Shown: one piece after another, positions 50,468-63,300 of the stretch
Numbering within the stretch: position 1 is the first letter of the stretch
How the letters are laid out: every line of letters starts with the position of its first letter
The notes under the pieces: generated by a model
The model's input: only the letters and a program-made list of their open reading frames with translations
What the model was told of the DNA's origin: nothing
The model's database searches: none
DNA from: Octopus bimaculoides
Taxonomy: Eukaryota
Direction of reading: 5' to 3'
Assembly: GCF_001194135.2 (NCBI RefSeq)
Contig: NC_068981.1
Span: forward strand, 167,028,981 to 167,092,980
Length of the DNA: 64,000 nt
Translations under genes and position numbers: made by a program

Positions 50468-50888
50468 TATAGGCGTAGGAGTGGCTGTGTGGTATAGGCG
50501 TAGGAGTGGTTGTGTGGTAAGTAACTTGCTTACCAACCACATGGTTCTGGGTTCAGTCCCACTACGTGGCACCTTGGGCAAGTGTCTTCTACTGTAGCCT
50601 CGGGCCGACCAAAACCGTGTGAGTGAATTTGGTAGATGAAAACTGAAAGAAGCCCGTCGTATATATGTATATATATGTATGTGTGTGTATATGTTTGTCC
50701 CCCCAATATCGCTTGACAACCGATGCTGGTGTGTTTACATTCCCGTAACTTAGCGGTTCGGCAAAAGAGACCGATAGAATAAGTACTAGGCTTCCAAAGA
50801 ATAAGTCCTGGGGTCGATTTGCTCGACTAAAGGCGGTGCTCCAGCATGGCCACAATCAAATGACTAAAACAAGTAAGAGTAAAAGAGT
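50468..50888 (+). mobile_element. Young SINE family A copy with duplicated 5' head
   Basis: tataggcgtaggagtgg(c/t)tgtgtgg twice; B-box-like gggttcagtccc; CORE-like accttgggcaagtgtc; tail aaaagagt. Confidence 0.9.
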
Positions 50889-51269
50889 ATATTTTCATAA
50901 TCAAACATTATTAGGAATTGTATAAAAAAAATGTTAAAATATTTTGTATATTGTAGAAGTATAACCAGTTCAGTGCACAAAAACTTTAACAATATCTTAT
51001 ATGGGCCCCAGTTGAAAACCACTGATCTGCATGATATAGACCAGACATGAGCACCTATCTATGCGATATAGTTCATCGTCAAACAGGTCACATGACTGTA
51101 AAAATTCAAGGTAATTTTTTGTTAGGTGTGCCGTTGAGAAAGTTTCACAGGCTACAGTTTACACATGACTGACATAGATCCTCTTTACCCATGCACTTTT
51201 TCTTTTGACAATCTCTCACAGTAGGAGTTCCACACCTCTTTCCTTTCAGCAACATTAACCCTTCAATAC

Positions 51270-51557
51270 TTGAGCGAAGTCGTTGCCAGTGCCACTGGAC
51301 TGGCTCCTGTGCAGGTGGCATGTAAAATACACCATTTGAGCGTGGCCGTAGCCAGTACCACCTGACTGGCCCTCGTGTCGGTGGCACGTAAGAGCACCCA
51401 CTACACTCTCGGAGTGGTTGGCGTTAGGAAGGGCATCCAGCTGTAGAAACACTGCCAGATAAGATTGGAGCCTGGTGCAGCCAGTTGGTTTGCCAGTCCT
51501 TAGTCAAATTGTCTAACCCATGCTAGCATGGAAAGTGGACGTTAAACGATGAACGAT
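51270..51557 (+). mobile_element. SINE family B
   Basis: ggcgttaggaagggcatccagctgtagaaac...cccatgctagcatggaaagtggacgttaaacgatg. Confidence 0.85.
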
Positions 51558-51916
51558 GGTCATATCTGACCCAAATATTCTACTTTGTTTTGTTCAAACT
51601 AACCTGAGCTGTCCTCTCACACCTACCCTACAATGTCATTTTGAAAATAAACTATCATATCACCAAAATCTCAAAGCCACAAGATAATGCATGGTTAATT
51701 CAAATGAATAAGCATTACATTTAACAGATTAAACTGAATGCTAAAGAGTTAAAAGTGAGAATACATTGAGCAGTCTCAGTACATTCCCTCCTCACTGGCA
51801 CCTTAGTTTTTTTTTTAGGCATACTGTCTTACAATCCAGAAAATCACATGATCCTCATATTGCAGAACATGTGCAAATCTCCTGTTTACTGCTTCTCCCT
51901 TAATTGAGAGACAAAC

Positions 51917-51924
<8 letters not shown>

Positions 51925-51952
<28 letters not shown>

Positions 51953-52270
51953 GTAGAAAGTAACAATACACATGCTTTGGACAAAGACAAAACAATTTCC
52001 ATACATATACAGACACACACATAAAAATACAAAGACAGAAATACACACAGACAAAAACACACACACACAGGCACAGAGACATATACAGATATACACACAT
52101 TACAAAAATAGACATACACATATACACACACATAGGCACAAATACACACTGACACTCACATGCACAAATGCACTTAGATACATACACATAAACATACTCA
52201 CTTACATATCCACATACCAATGCATACACAAAAATAGTACATACATACATGCTGATACACAGACAAATAC
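51925..52270. repeat. (GA)n plus degenerate (CA/TACA)n low-complexity tract
   Basis: Direct inspection; explains the overlapping Cys/Val- and His/Thr-rich ORFs. Confidence 0.9.
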
Positions 52271-53059
52271 ATATGCTGAAGGCTCCTACAGTTTACAGTC
52301 TTCACATCATCAAGCTGGTTGTTGTCTTTTCTAACCACATTGCCTCCTGTAGAAATGAACATTAATGGGCTTTGTCTGCAAACAAGTTCAGCACTTCTTG
52401 CCAAATATACATTTTGCCATTTTCATTGAATAGAAACTGGCCCTTTGGATAAGCATAAATATCCAAGTTTCAGTTTCCTTCTGCAATGAAATCAATATAG
52501 CCAATCAAGCTTTGATGGACAACTGCAATCTTTAAAGGTCAAGCAGTTGATATTGTCTACCACATATTCAGTGCATTGAAGAAATAAATCACAAAGTAAA
52601 CAGAAGTGATGCCATCAGACATATGGAATGGTAGGTAGTGTATATACGTATACAGAAAGAATATAAATATTATGTCTTAAGTGGGGATAAGGTATTTAAA
52701 ATTATAATCATTTGTTCTCAACTAAAGGAAAAATAGATCAATGGTTTCTTTTATTTTTTTTTTGCATTAGTTATTACCCAATCCAGCAGACCTATGACCT
52801 GAAGATGAACAGTTGTGGTTTTCCTAATTTTCTAAAAAAATACAACATTTTTTAATAACAATAATAAATATAATGGTATCAAATTTTGCTACAAGGGCAG
52901 CAATTTTGGGGGAGTGTTCAACTTGACTCCGAAAAGATGAAAGGCAAAGTTGACCTTGGCAGAATTTGAACTCAGAATGTAGTGACGGGCAAAATACTGC
53001 TAAGCATTTCGTTCAGTGCACTAACAATTGTACCAGCTCGCCACCTTAATCATAATAAT

Positions 53060-53960
53060 AATAATAATTTCATTTATTTGCCACAAGGGTAAAGGATGAG
53101 GGGGACAATACAAAGACAAAGTGTGGGGGTTTACATATAATGAAATAAAAAAAAGGGAAAAAATGGAAAGAAAGAAGTTCAGTATACACTGAAAAAGAAG
53201 GGACATATTCATAGTATATAAAGGTTAAAAGAAAAGTGGCAGGGAGGATGATAGAGATGTGACCCTCCTGATACAGGAAGGTCTCTAGGGATAATGGAGG
53301 AACCCCACTGTCCGAGATTCCCCTGAAACTCCCAAGAGCAAGTGACCTCTCCAATTCCTTCTCCCCAACTCACAGGTCTACACTTAGAGAGGTACCATCC
53401 ATTCTTACGATTTTTGCAACTTTCACCCACCTTTCAATAAACTCACTCAAGGACAGCACTTCCCTCTACACTCTCAATTTCTTTTTCAAGTGAAACTTAA
53501 AGAAGTCAATGAGAGCTCTACTAATGAGGAATGTATCTGTCCTCATGCCTTTCAGCCTTGCCTGCCTGATTGAAGGAGGGCAGCAGTGCAATCATCACTA
53601 GACTTGGCTGACAGATCGATCTGTCCCATACGTAACAACTGTTCAGCATAACTCCACAAGTCAGCAATGCCCATACACTGAACGAGGGCATGCAGAATGG
53701 TTTCGTCACTCTGCATGCACTTTGGACAAGTCCATCTGACAGCACATCCATGCCTGTAGAGTTTACCTCGAACCAGTAGTGCCTCCTGGTAGAACTGTAA
53801 AGCCAAGCACATCTGAACATTATCCATGATAGTTCCCGACTGGAAAGTTCTCCAGAACAGACAAGCCAGTTCGTTCTAATAATGTGGAATGGGCTGCTCA
53901 ACATGAAGAAAATTCTAACTGGGCCCTACCTGCAAAGTCATGCACTGTTTATCTTGATAT
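53060..53960 (-). mobile_element. L1/Tx1-clade LINE 3' fragment
   Basis: RGKLYRHG...TCPKCMQSDETILHALVQC (CxxC...ETxxH...C knuckle), with a 3' UTR and (att)n tail near 53060. Confidence 0.8.
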
Positions 53961-56900
53961 GAGATCACCATGTTGCGCACATATGAATGTAATGCATGTG
54001 CATGGTGTACCCTTATCAGATGGGTAGTTATGATGGGTACATTGGGCTCCATATATTTGTACCCCAGTGTCACTTTGATGGCATGTGCTGCTCTCTTTCA
54101 CATCATTGTTTTAAATGTCTGCTTTTCTATGCTTGCATGGGTTGGATGGAATTTGTTAGAGATGGATTTTCCAAAGTAGAATGCCTTTCTTGTGCTGCCA
54201 ACCCACTCCTGTTTCCAAGTAAGTTAATATTCCTTATGACCAAGCATGTTTTCAAGGGAAACAGGAGACAAAAGTATGCATGATAGTAGTGCCATGCAGT
54301 GGAAATGAACCCAAGATTATGTGGTTGGGAAGCAAACTTCTTACTACACAGCTGCATCTGCACCTATAAGTTTTCTTTTTTTAAGTAAGGTATGATTTAA
54401 AATAGATGTGTTGAGTTTTGCTAGTTGGGTCATAGACAATCGACAGCCACACCAAATAATCAAACTCAAATAGCAATTTTCCTAGATTGGCACAAGGCTA
54501 CAAATATGTAAAGCAAAGGTTATAGTTAAACAAATCGACTTCAGTACAAGACTGATAAGGATATGAATGAATGTCAAAGTCAACACTAGGTGAAAAGTGT
54601 ACTTTTCACAACCATTTTCTTCTGAACTTGCTTCAAGCCAGCTTCTTCCTCCTTTCTTCACTTTCGAAAGGACGAAACCTGAAATATTACAATCTACATA
54701 TATTCTACTACTGACCTTATGAAATTCAAGATTAGCCAGATTTGAACTAAGAATGTAGCAGACAAAATGAAATACAAGCTATTTTGGTGTGTTGTTCTAT
54801 ATTTTCTGTCACTATTTTCCTTTTTCTCCTCCTCCTCCTCTTCCTACCATTAATGTCGACAATTTGTTTCCAACAAAAGCACAAGGCATGAAATTTTAGA
54901 AGTGGAGCGTAGTTGATGTTTATCAACCTCAGAGGGATAAAAGGTGAAATTTGAATCTGGAATGTAAAGAGTTGAAAAATAACACTAACATGTTAACCTA
55001 CTCCAGCACTCTCTATACTCTTCCCTGTCACCATTAAGTAAACTACTTGAACTACGGCCATCTATGACTAGACTTGGGATGACTACGGGAGAGGTTTTTG
55101 GCTGTCTTCTCCAGGCAGGTGGGATTTGAACTCATAATGTAGAGAGCCGGAAAATATACCTGAAAGCACTTTTGCCAGTGCACCAATGACTCTGGCACCC
55201 TTCCACCCACTAGAGCAATGTCTGGGAATTGAACCCATGGTCTAGCGAACATCCTAACCACTAAGTCACTTGCCTTCACAATACAAATAATAATAATTTC
55301 TAACATTTACACAAGACCACCTTGTTGGTGTGGGTTAGCCAAGGGTTTGAAACACAGTAAATATTTCACTTGTCTAGAGCCTGGGTTCTCTCTTCTTTGA
55401 TGTCCAGTATCTATCTTAAAAGGCTTCTTTATAAATTTTTTTAAAATCTGCCATAGACTTATATTCTATACTGGATATTTTTATGCATTTGGTAATGTCT
55501 TCAGTCACAATTTACAACACATCTTGTTGCTACTCAGAGAAATATACAGAACTGAAGTAAATTTTTATGGTGCTTTCATTCTTCACAATATTTTGTATTA
55601 CTAACAAAAAGGCATTTGAAATATCCTTTGATACTTTTGGCATTCACATTTTAATTTTAATGAGACAAAGCAGCAGTGAAACTATTAAAAGTACAAACTT
55701 TAATAAATCTTCTTTGGAATTCTGTATAATTTACCCAGTATAACTGTAGCTAAGCAAACAGTCATGTTCATTTTTATGTAAAAAAAAAAAAAGAAAAAAA
55801 CTAGAAAAATGAAGAATTGAACTTTTGCAAAAGCATACATGCTTGAATTTCTCTCTCTCTCTCTAAACTTTTCTATAAAGATATTTTCAGTAAATCTAAT
55901 TTCAATACTGCATGTCTGCAATTTTTCTTTTTTCATATTCTTCCTTTATATATCTTGACATTTTGTTGAATGTCAACGAAAAATTTTGACATATAGGAAT
56001 TAGAATATCAAAATGAACTTTCTATCTTTTAACATTCCTCATTGGGTTACAAGTCTACATTCGTAAAAATGAAGCCTCATTCGAATAGATACGAAGATTT
56101 AATTAAGAAGTAAGTATATAAGTCAACTGAATTAATAACCCTAACCTAAATAAGCTATTGGTTTTTTAATTTATTTATCCAGGTGTGACAGGATGGAAAA
56201 CGTCTAGAGCTGCACAAAATATCTTTTATTACCTATGTGGCTATGCAGGAACCAAATTTGCTTAGTGGGTGCAAACCCAGGTCCAAAATTTCTCTTAGAA
56301 ACAAGGTCGATTTTCTCAACCTTTGTATAAAAAACAAAAACAGGTATAATAATAATAATAATAATAATAATAATTGTACATCAATCAAATCGTATAAATC
56401 CAATTATGGAAAAGTAATGTTTCAAATCAGATCAAAAACGTTTCTACGCTCGTTCGTTTGCAGGGGCATGTTCAAAATGTTTTCACTACCCTAAAAAAAT
56501 TATCGAGGGTGCAAACGTACCCGCTGTGTTTCTGAGCCAATGATCGAAGTGGACACAATTTGAACTAAGAAACATGGGACACAAATTAAAGAGTAAATAA
56601 TAAACATGTAGTCTTGTTTTCAAACTCCACCAAAGTCTATTGGATCGGAGTTAAATAACAAAATAGGGCAGATATACAGTCTAATTATACTATCTTCATT
56701 ATTTACATTTCTATTCAAATAAATGCTGTATAGAAACACAGTTTGAATTGCTCTTAATTAAATAGGACCAAGTTTCACGTGCTTTTCTATTTGTTAGACA
56801 TCCTCAACATCTGTCTACTTGCAAACAAATAAGAGTACTCTGGGAGTATAACGTACCATTCAAATTTTCACAAAAGCTTTTCGCCCTCAACCTCTAAAAC

Positions 56901-57638
56901 ATTCTAGTTGCCGGGCATTTGAAAAGAATAATGTTGATATAGCTAAATATTATTAAGAATTGTATTAAGATTGTTAAAATATTTTCTGCATTGTCTAAGT
57001 ATAACCAACTTTAAGGATACGGTTGAGAACCAAGAAGCAACAGTTACATCATCATCATCATCAATATTTGTGGAACTTGGTGGTGGGGTGTTAAATTTTA
57101 CGAGAGAATGAAAGCAGCATGTCATGCTCCGTTAAGAAAAAAATTTTTTTTTTTTCATATTCGTAATCTCCGAATCTAAAACGTAGGAATCCGAAAAATC
57201 TTTTTTTTTTTTAAATGCATTTTTCAAGGAGAGGTGCGAAACTGCATTAGCCCCGGAGGTTTGGCTGCTATTTCTAACAGATGGAGCGACAATATAGAAG
57301 CTCCTTCGTTGGTGTTTAACCACGAAGCCCACATTGTCGAAAGCCCTATAATTAAACGTCCAGCGATGACTATCCTGTTTCATATAATTTAGGACTGCAT
57401 TCTCCTATGTGGCATTTACTTTCTGAGAGAGAAGACGTGTAGTTTGTGAGATATTTGGCTGCTGAGACTAGCAGGTCGAGCGACTGCGTAGGGTAGATAA
57501 GATACTTTCACAGTGGTTCGTTTTATAGTTTGCGTTATAAATAAATGTGCAGGTAGTACTTAAAGATAATAATAATAATAATAATTTCAAAATTTTGGTA
57601 CAACACCAGCAATTTGCGGAGAGGGGATAAGTCCATTA

Positions 57639-59038
57639 CGGCGGAGGTAAAGACAATGGACCGCACCCCCTTTGGGATGTTTTTTCAATTTTTTTTTTAG
57701 AGGAACCCACTATATCGAGTGCAGAGATTCCGAATCTGCAAAAAAATCTGCATTTCAAAATTTAAATCCCCCCACCCCAATTTCTTAAATTTTCATTAAA
57801 AAAAAATTTTTTCTGGCGAAATACGTAGAAAAAAATACGGAGATTATGATTCTGAAAAAAAAAATTTTGTAAATTTTCAATTAAAAAAAGATAATAATNN
57901 NNNNNNNNNNNNNNNNNNNNNNNNNNNNNNNNNNNNNNNNNNNNNNNNNNNNNNNNNNNNNNNNNNNNNNNNNNNNNNNNNNNNNNNNNNNNNNNNNNNN
58001 NNNNNNNNNNNNNNNNNNNNNNNNNNNNNNNNNNNNNNNNNNNNNNNNNNNNNNNNNNNNNNNNNNNNNNNNNNNNNNNNNNNNNNNNNNNNNNNNNNNN
58101 NNNNNNNNNNNNNNNNNNNNNNNNNNNNNNNNNNNNNNNNNNNNNNNNNNNNNNNNNNNNNNNNNNNNNNNNNNNNNNNNNNNNNNNNNNNNNNNNNNNN
58201 NNNNNNNNNNNNNNNNNNNNNNNNNNNNNNNNNNNNNNNNNNNNNNNNNNNNNNNNNNNNNNNNNNNNNNNNNNNNNNNNNNNNNNNNNNNNNNNNNNNN
58301 NNNNNNNNNNNNNNNNNNNNNNNNNNNNNNNNNNNNNNNNNNNNNNNNNNNNNNNNNNNNNNNNNNNNNNNNNNNNNNNNNNNNNNNNNNNNNNNNNNNN
58401 NNNNNNNNNNNNNNNNNNNNNNNNNNNNNNNNNNNNNNNNNNNNNNNNNNNNNNNNNNNNNNNNNNNNNNNNNNNNNNNNNNNNNNNNNNNNNNNNNNNN
58501 NNNNNNNNNNNNNNNNNNNNNNNNNNNNNNNNNNNNNNNNNNNNNNNNNNNNNNNNNNNNNNNNNNNNNNNNNNNNNNNNNNNNNNNNNNNNNNNNNNNN
58601 NNNNNNNNNNNNNNNNNNNNNNNNNNNNNNNNNNNNNNNNNNNNNNNNNNNNNNNNNNNNNNNNNNNNNNNNNNNNNNNNNNNNNNNNNNNNNNNNNNNN
58701 NNNNNNNNNNNNNNNNNNNNNNNNNNNNNNNNNNNNNNNNNNNNNNNNNNNNNNNNNNNNNNNNNNNNNNNNNNNNNNNNNNNNNNNNNNNNNNNNNNNN
58801 NNNNNNNNNNNNNNNNNNNNNNNNNNNNNNNNNNNNNNNNNNNNNNNNNNNNNNNNNNNNNNNNNNNNNNNTTAAGTGAAAATTTAAGAATTTTTTTTAG
58901 GGGGTGGGGGAATTAACATTTTGAAATGCAGATTTTTTTTTTTGCAGATTCGGAATCCTCGCACTCGACATAGTGGGTCCCTGAAAAAAACAAAAACCAT
59001 CCCAAAGTGGGTGCAGTACATTGTCTTTACCTCTGCCG
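57639..59038. mobile_element. Long-TIR DNA transposon inserted in a family C SINE; interior is a gap
   Basis: cggcggaggtaaagacaatg... / ...cattgtctttacctctgccg; ~170-bp inverted arms; candidate 7-bp TSD tccatta / tcgatta. Confidence 0.8.
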
Positions 59039-59331
59039 TCGATTACATCGACTCCAGTGCTCAACTGGTATTTATTTTATCGACTACGATAAAGTTAAAG
59101 GCAAAATCGACTCTGCGAACACTTGGATCCATAACGGAGTGGATGAAGCAAAGATATATATATATATATATAAGTAGTTATGAAAGATGACATCGGTATA
59201 GAAACCAACAGAAATGTTACCAGGGAAAATACCAAAATACAACTGAAAATTTGGCGATCTTTAGTAGCATCACCAAAAATGTTCAGATAAGTTTATAATA
59301 AATTACAAACTTACTGTACGCAAGACACTAC

Positions 59332-59370
<39 letters not shown>

Positions 59371-60480
59371 GTGTATATCTGTCTATCAAATTTAACGTCA
59401 AAATTACATAACGTTTATTCCAGCGGATTTAGATTGTATGTTTTCTCCCCTCCATTCGTCAATTCAACACAAGTTGCTCATTATAGGGAATACTATAACA
59501 TGCTCTCCCGTGTTAATTATTTAGCAAAATAAAAAAGATCCAGCAGCAAAATGATATTTATTATGCTTCGTAGTAAACATGACTTGTTTAAAAATTATAC
59601 TCACTGACAAATATATATATCTATAACACTATTTGAAGCTTTTAAACAATATCTGCCGTATGTAAACACCATTTTTTCATGCATACAAACATACACACGT
59701 ACATATATATGTACAGTTTTATTTCCCGTTGCATCAGAATATAAAACCACGATGAGTATTTGTTGTCAAATGTGTGGAATGAATTTTCCGATTAGCAGTG
59801 CTTTATAATTAAGAACATCTTTATATATATATATAAGTAAAATCCCGCTAGTATTAAAACTGAAACAAAAGGGGGGAAATCAGACACGTGGAGACACAAT
59901 ATCTATCAAATGGAAAAAAAGCACAGTTTCCTTCTTTTAAAAATATTTTTGTTGTTCAGCCAGACTTAGGGTAAAAAGTGCAAAAGCGTTCCAGCCGTGA
60001 CAATCTCGTCCTTTTTTTCAGGCCTAGGAGATTCTGGATTACATTTTTCAATGGGCATCTCCTTTTTTCAAGATGGTAGGGTGTAATTTAAAGGATATTT
60101 GGTTGTAGTTTCTCAGCTTTTAGACATAGAAGTTTCATCATTGGTTCGATAATTTCTGTAAAACTAAACAGAAGCAGTCGCCCATTTATTCAGACACATA
60201 ATAAATAGAGATTATATAAAGTATCCCTTTCTTTATCTAAAAAGTTTTTCGAGGCAAAATAAATTATTAATATTGTTGGAAAACATTAATTCCACCTTTA
60301 AGATTTTTGATTCACAGAACGTAATGTTGCTAAATAAAATCTCACAAATAAATAATAATTTCATATTTATATATATATAATTTGATTACGAAATTTCAAT
60401 AGCTTCAATGACAATAACATTTCGTAAGTATACACAAAACAGCAACAGTAGTCCGATATAAAAAGAAAAGACAATCATAC

Positions 60481-60565
60481 CTGCATTTTGTGCTTTGTAA
60501 CAAGATATACAGCAGAGATATAGTAGAGAAATGACAAAGTTCATGGATAGAAGAAAATTAGACAT
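60481..60565 (-). CDS. MEGF9: FN3/laminin-EGF membrane protein (MEGF9-like), exon 1, signal peptide
   Basis: gcaaccATG at 60565 (the ORF-track start at 60586 is GTG); MSNFLLSMNFVISLLYLCCISCYKAQNA is hydrophobic; donor GCAG|GTatga, phase 1, compatible with exon 2. Linkage across the 17-kb intron is inferred. MEGF9 orthology is not established. Confidence 0.7.
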
Positions 60566-61636
60566 GGTTGCGGTAGTAGTTTCCACCGACTTACAGAATG
60601 AAATGGATCGACGATCCTGACGGCTGGTTCAAGTTTGGTTAGCAGGTGATTTGCCCTTGATTTAGTGAGACAGCGAAGAAGACAACTGAGATACGTGTGA
60701 TACACTTTATGTCTTAATGTTCTGTTTGCAATTTCATTTCACTCACAGTTCTTGTTGATCAGAGAGATTTGTGTAGAAAATTATGGTTTTATTGTGTAAC
60801 CCTTCGCAACAATTTGAACATGATAATATCTCTTAAAGCTGCTACTGCTTGATAATTTGCATTCTTGATTGAATTTGTTAATGAAAGAAGAGACAATATA
60901 TTTTATTTATACTTTTCCTTGGGTATCATTCACAGACAATTTCAAACTAATAATTTTTTTTTTTACATAAGCGTAATACCTCAGATTTATTGCGAGGTGC
61001 GATACGAAGATGCAACATTCGCATATTTCCTATAGCTAATGATTGAAACTGATTCTCAACGTTAGCTCGTCGGACATAACCTCCAACACCCAACTAAATA
61101 ACCTACAACCTCGCACATAAGGATCAGTGCAGCAGTATGCGGTTATTGTATTTTATTTGGATAATCTAACATTTTTTTTCCTTTTGCTTTAGCGTGTTGA
61201 ACTTTTCCTTTCAGAAGTTGCGACGTCACTGGTGTCAAGCCGTATCAGCTTTTGCCTTTCCCTTGCACAACATTGGTGGCGTGGAATGGGGAGAGTGGTA
61301 TGCATAGGCGACTGCTGGTTTTCCACTAACAATTTACCCAGACACGTGCCTCGGAGGGAAACTTTCTAGGTGCAATTTCATGGTCATTCGTGACCGAAGT
61401 GGGTATTTACTTACACACACACATGTATATATGATGATTGGTAATTGCTTCATCTTGAGAGATAATAGCCGTCCCATCAACACACACACCACAGTACAAT
61501 CACTCCGTTGACGAGCCCTTAGATAACTTTTAAGACCAGCTGCTGACTGACAGAGTTTAAAACCCAAGTGATAGATATTATTCAAGTTTCTTCTATAACT
61601 TTGCCCTTTGGAATCTGATTTTGAAGGAATGTTTTT

Positions 61637-63300
61637 GTGAACTCCAGGCGTCCCTGTCGTCTCATCATCTCCCCAGCCAAACTCTCGGCCCTTCGATCTC
61701 TCCGACGCCGCACTGACATCATTATAAAACCGGCCGACAAGGGTGGAGCCGTGGTGGTATGGCGCGCGGACCTCTACAAGTCCAAAGCTTTCCGTCAACT
61801 TCAAGACACTGCCTTCTACTGCCCTCTGACTCCACGCCCAGCTACCAACAGACTGTGTCCTCTACTATCCATGACCTCATCTCCTCCTCTCGTCTCCCCC
61901 GCCTCCAACCTCATTGTCCGCACCCCCGCACTCGCACCATTTACTTCCTCCCCAAAATCCACAAACCTAATAACCCTGGTCACCCCATTGTCTCCGCCTG
62001 TAACTTATCTCCAAATACCTTGACCATGTCCTTTCCCCCTCCTCAGTGGCTTCTCTCCCTTCTCACATTCATGACACCAACCATGCGCTTCGTTTGTTCA
62101 ACTCTTTCTCCTTCCTTCCTGGCCCCTCTAAACTCTCGACATCCAGAGTCTTTACACGGTGATCTCTCACCATGAGGGACTGCGTGCACTCAAACATTTC
62201 CTTGACCTCCGACCCAACCCCCAACCCGACACCTCCTCACTCGTTCGTCTGGCCGAACTTGTCCTCTCACTCAACTGCTTCTCGTTCGCGGGCAATTTCT
62301 ACCAGCAGAACTTGAGAGTGGCCATGGAAACGAGAATGGGCTCCAACTATGCGAACTTGTTCGTTGGCTATGTTGAGGCCCAAACATTCTCAAGTNNNNN
62401 NNNNNNNNNNNNNNNNNNNNNNNNNNNNNNNNNNNNNNNNNNNNNNNNNNNNNNNNNNNNNNNNNNNNNNNNNNNNNNNNNNNNNNNNNNNNNNNNNNNN
62501 NNNNNNNNNNNNNNNNNNNNNNNNNNNNNNNNNNNNNNNNNNNNNNNNNNNNNNNNNNNNNNNNNNNNNNNNNNNNNNNNNNNNNNNNNNNNNNNNNNNN
62601 NNNNNNNNNNNNNNNNNNNNNNNNNNNNNNNNNNNNNNNNNNNNNNNNNNNNNNNNNNNNNNNNNNNNNNNNNNNNNNNNNNNNNNNNNNNNNNNNNNNN
62701 NNNNNNNNNNNNNNNNNNNNNNNNNNNNNNNNNNNNNNNNNNNNNNNNNNNNNNNNNNNNNNNNNNNNNNNNNNNNNNNNNNNNNNNNNNNNNNNNNNNN
62801 NNNNNNNNNNNNNNNNNNNNNNNNNNNNNNNNNNNNNNNNNNNNNNNNNNNNNNNNNNNNNNNNNNNNNNNNNNNNNNNNNNNNNNNNNNNNNNNNNNNN
62901 NNNNNNNNNNNNNNNNNNNNNNNNNNNNNNNNNNNNNNNNNNNNNNNNNNNNNNNNNNNNNNNNNNNNNNNNNNNNNNNNNNNNNNNNNNNNNNNNNNNN
63001 NNNNNNNNNNNNNNNNNNNNNNNNNNNNNNNNNNNNNNNNNNNNNNNNNNNNNNNNNNNNNNNNNNNNNNNNNNNNNNNNNNNNNNNNNNNNNNNNNNNN
63101 NNNNNNNNNNNNNNNNNNNNNNNNNNNNNNNNNNNNNNNNNNNNNNNNNNNNNNNNNNNNNNNNNNNNNNNNNNNNNNNNNNNNNNNNNNNGGCAATGAC
63201 ACCTCGGTCTCACGCCATTTCCGCTCTACCTGTCCGTGTTCAGATTGTCCTTGCACAGGGGCCATCCGGACTCCTGTTTGTGCCGTGAACAGGGATTAAT
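61637..63300 (+). mobile_element. Penelope-like retroelement (RT; endonuclease region mostly in gap), frameshifted
   Basis: IIIKPADKGGAVVVW, YFLPKIHKPNNPGHPIVS, LDIQSLYTVI, AMETRMGSNYANLFVGYVE; after the gap, SVSRHF. Confidence 0.9.

Larger units (their letters stand above)
9254..63191. other. Assembly gaps (approx. 9254-9263, 17683-18226, 32764-33608, 34276-34560, 40814-40915, 47198-47395, 49466-49565, 57899-58871, 62396-63191)
   Basis: N runs; most abut microsatellites or young repeats. Confidence 0.95.

Noticed and set aside
51815-52334. Cys-rich or His-rich ORFs
   Set aside because: Products of degenerate (CA/TG)n low-complexity sequence.
55200-55275. tRNA-like sequences (also ~43440-43510 and ~42400-42470)
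   Set aside because: A/B-box-like SINE heads; I could not build a complete cloverleaf.
60386-60586. 66-aa ORF METTTATM... as a small standalone protein
   Set aside because: The start is GTG; the ATG at 60565 and donor at 60480 make it a signal-peptide exon, and the rest is intron read-through.
61221-61228. CRE-like TGACGTCG ~650 nt upstream of the receptor ATG
   Set aside because: A single 7/8 motif match with unknown TSS is expected by chance.
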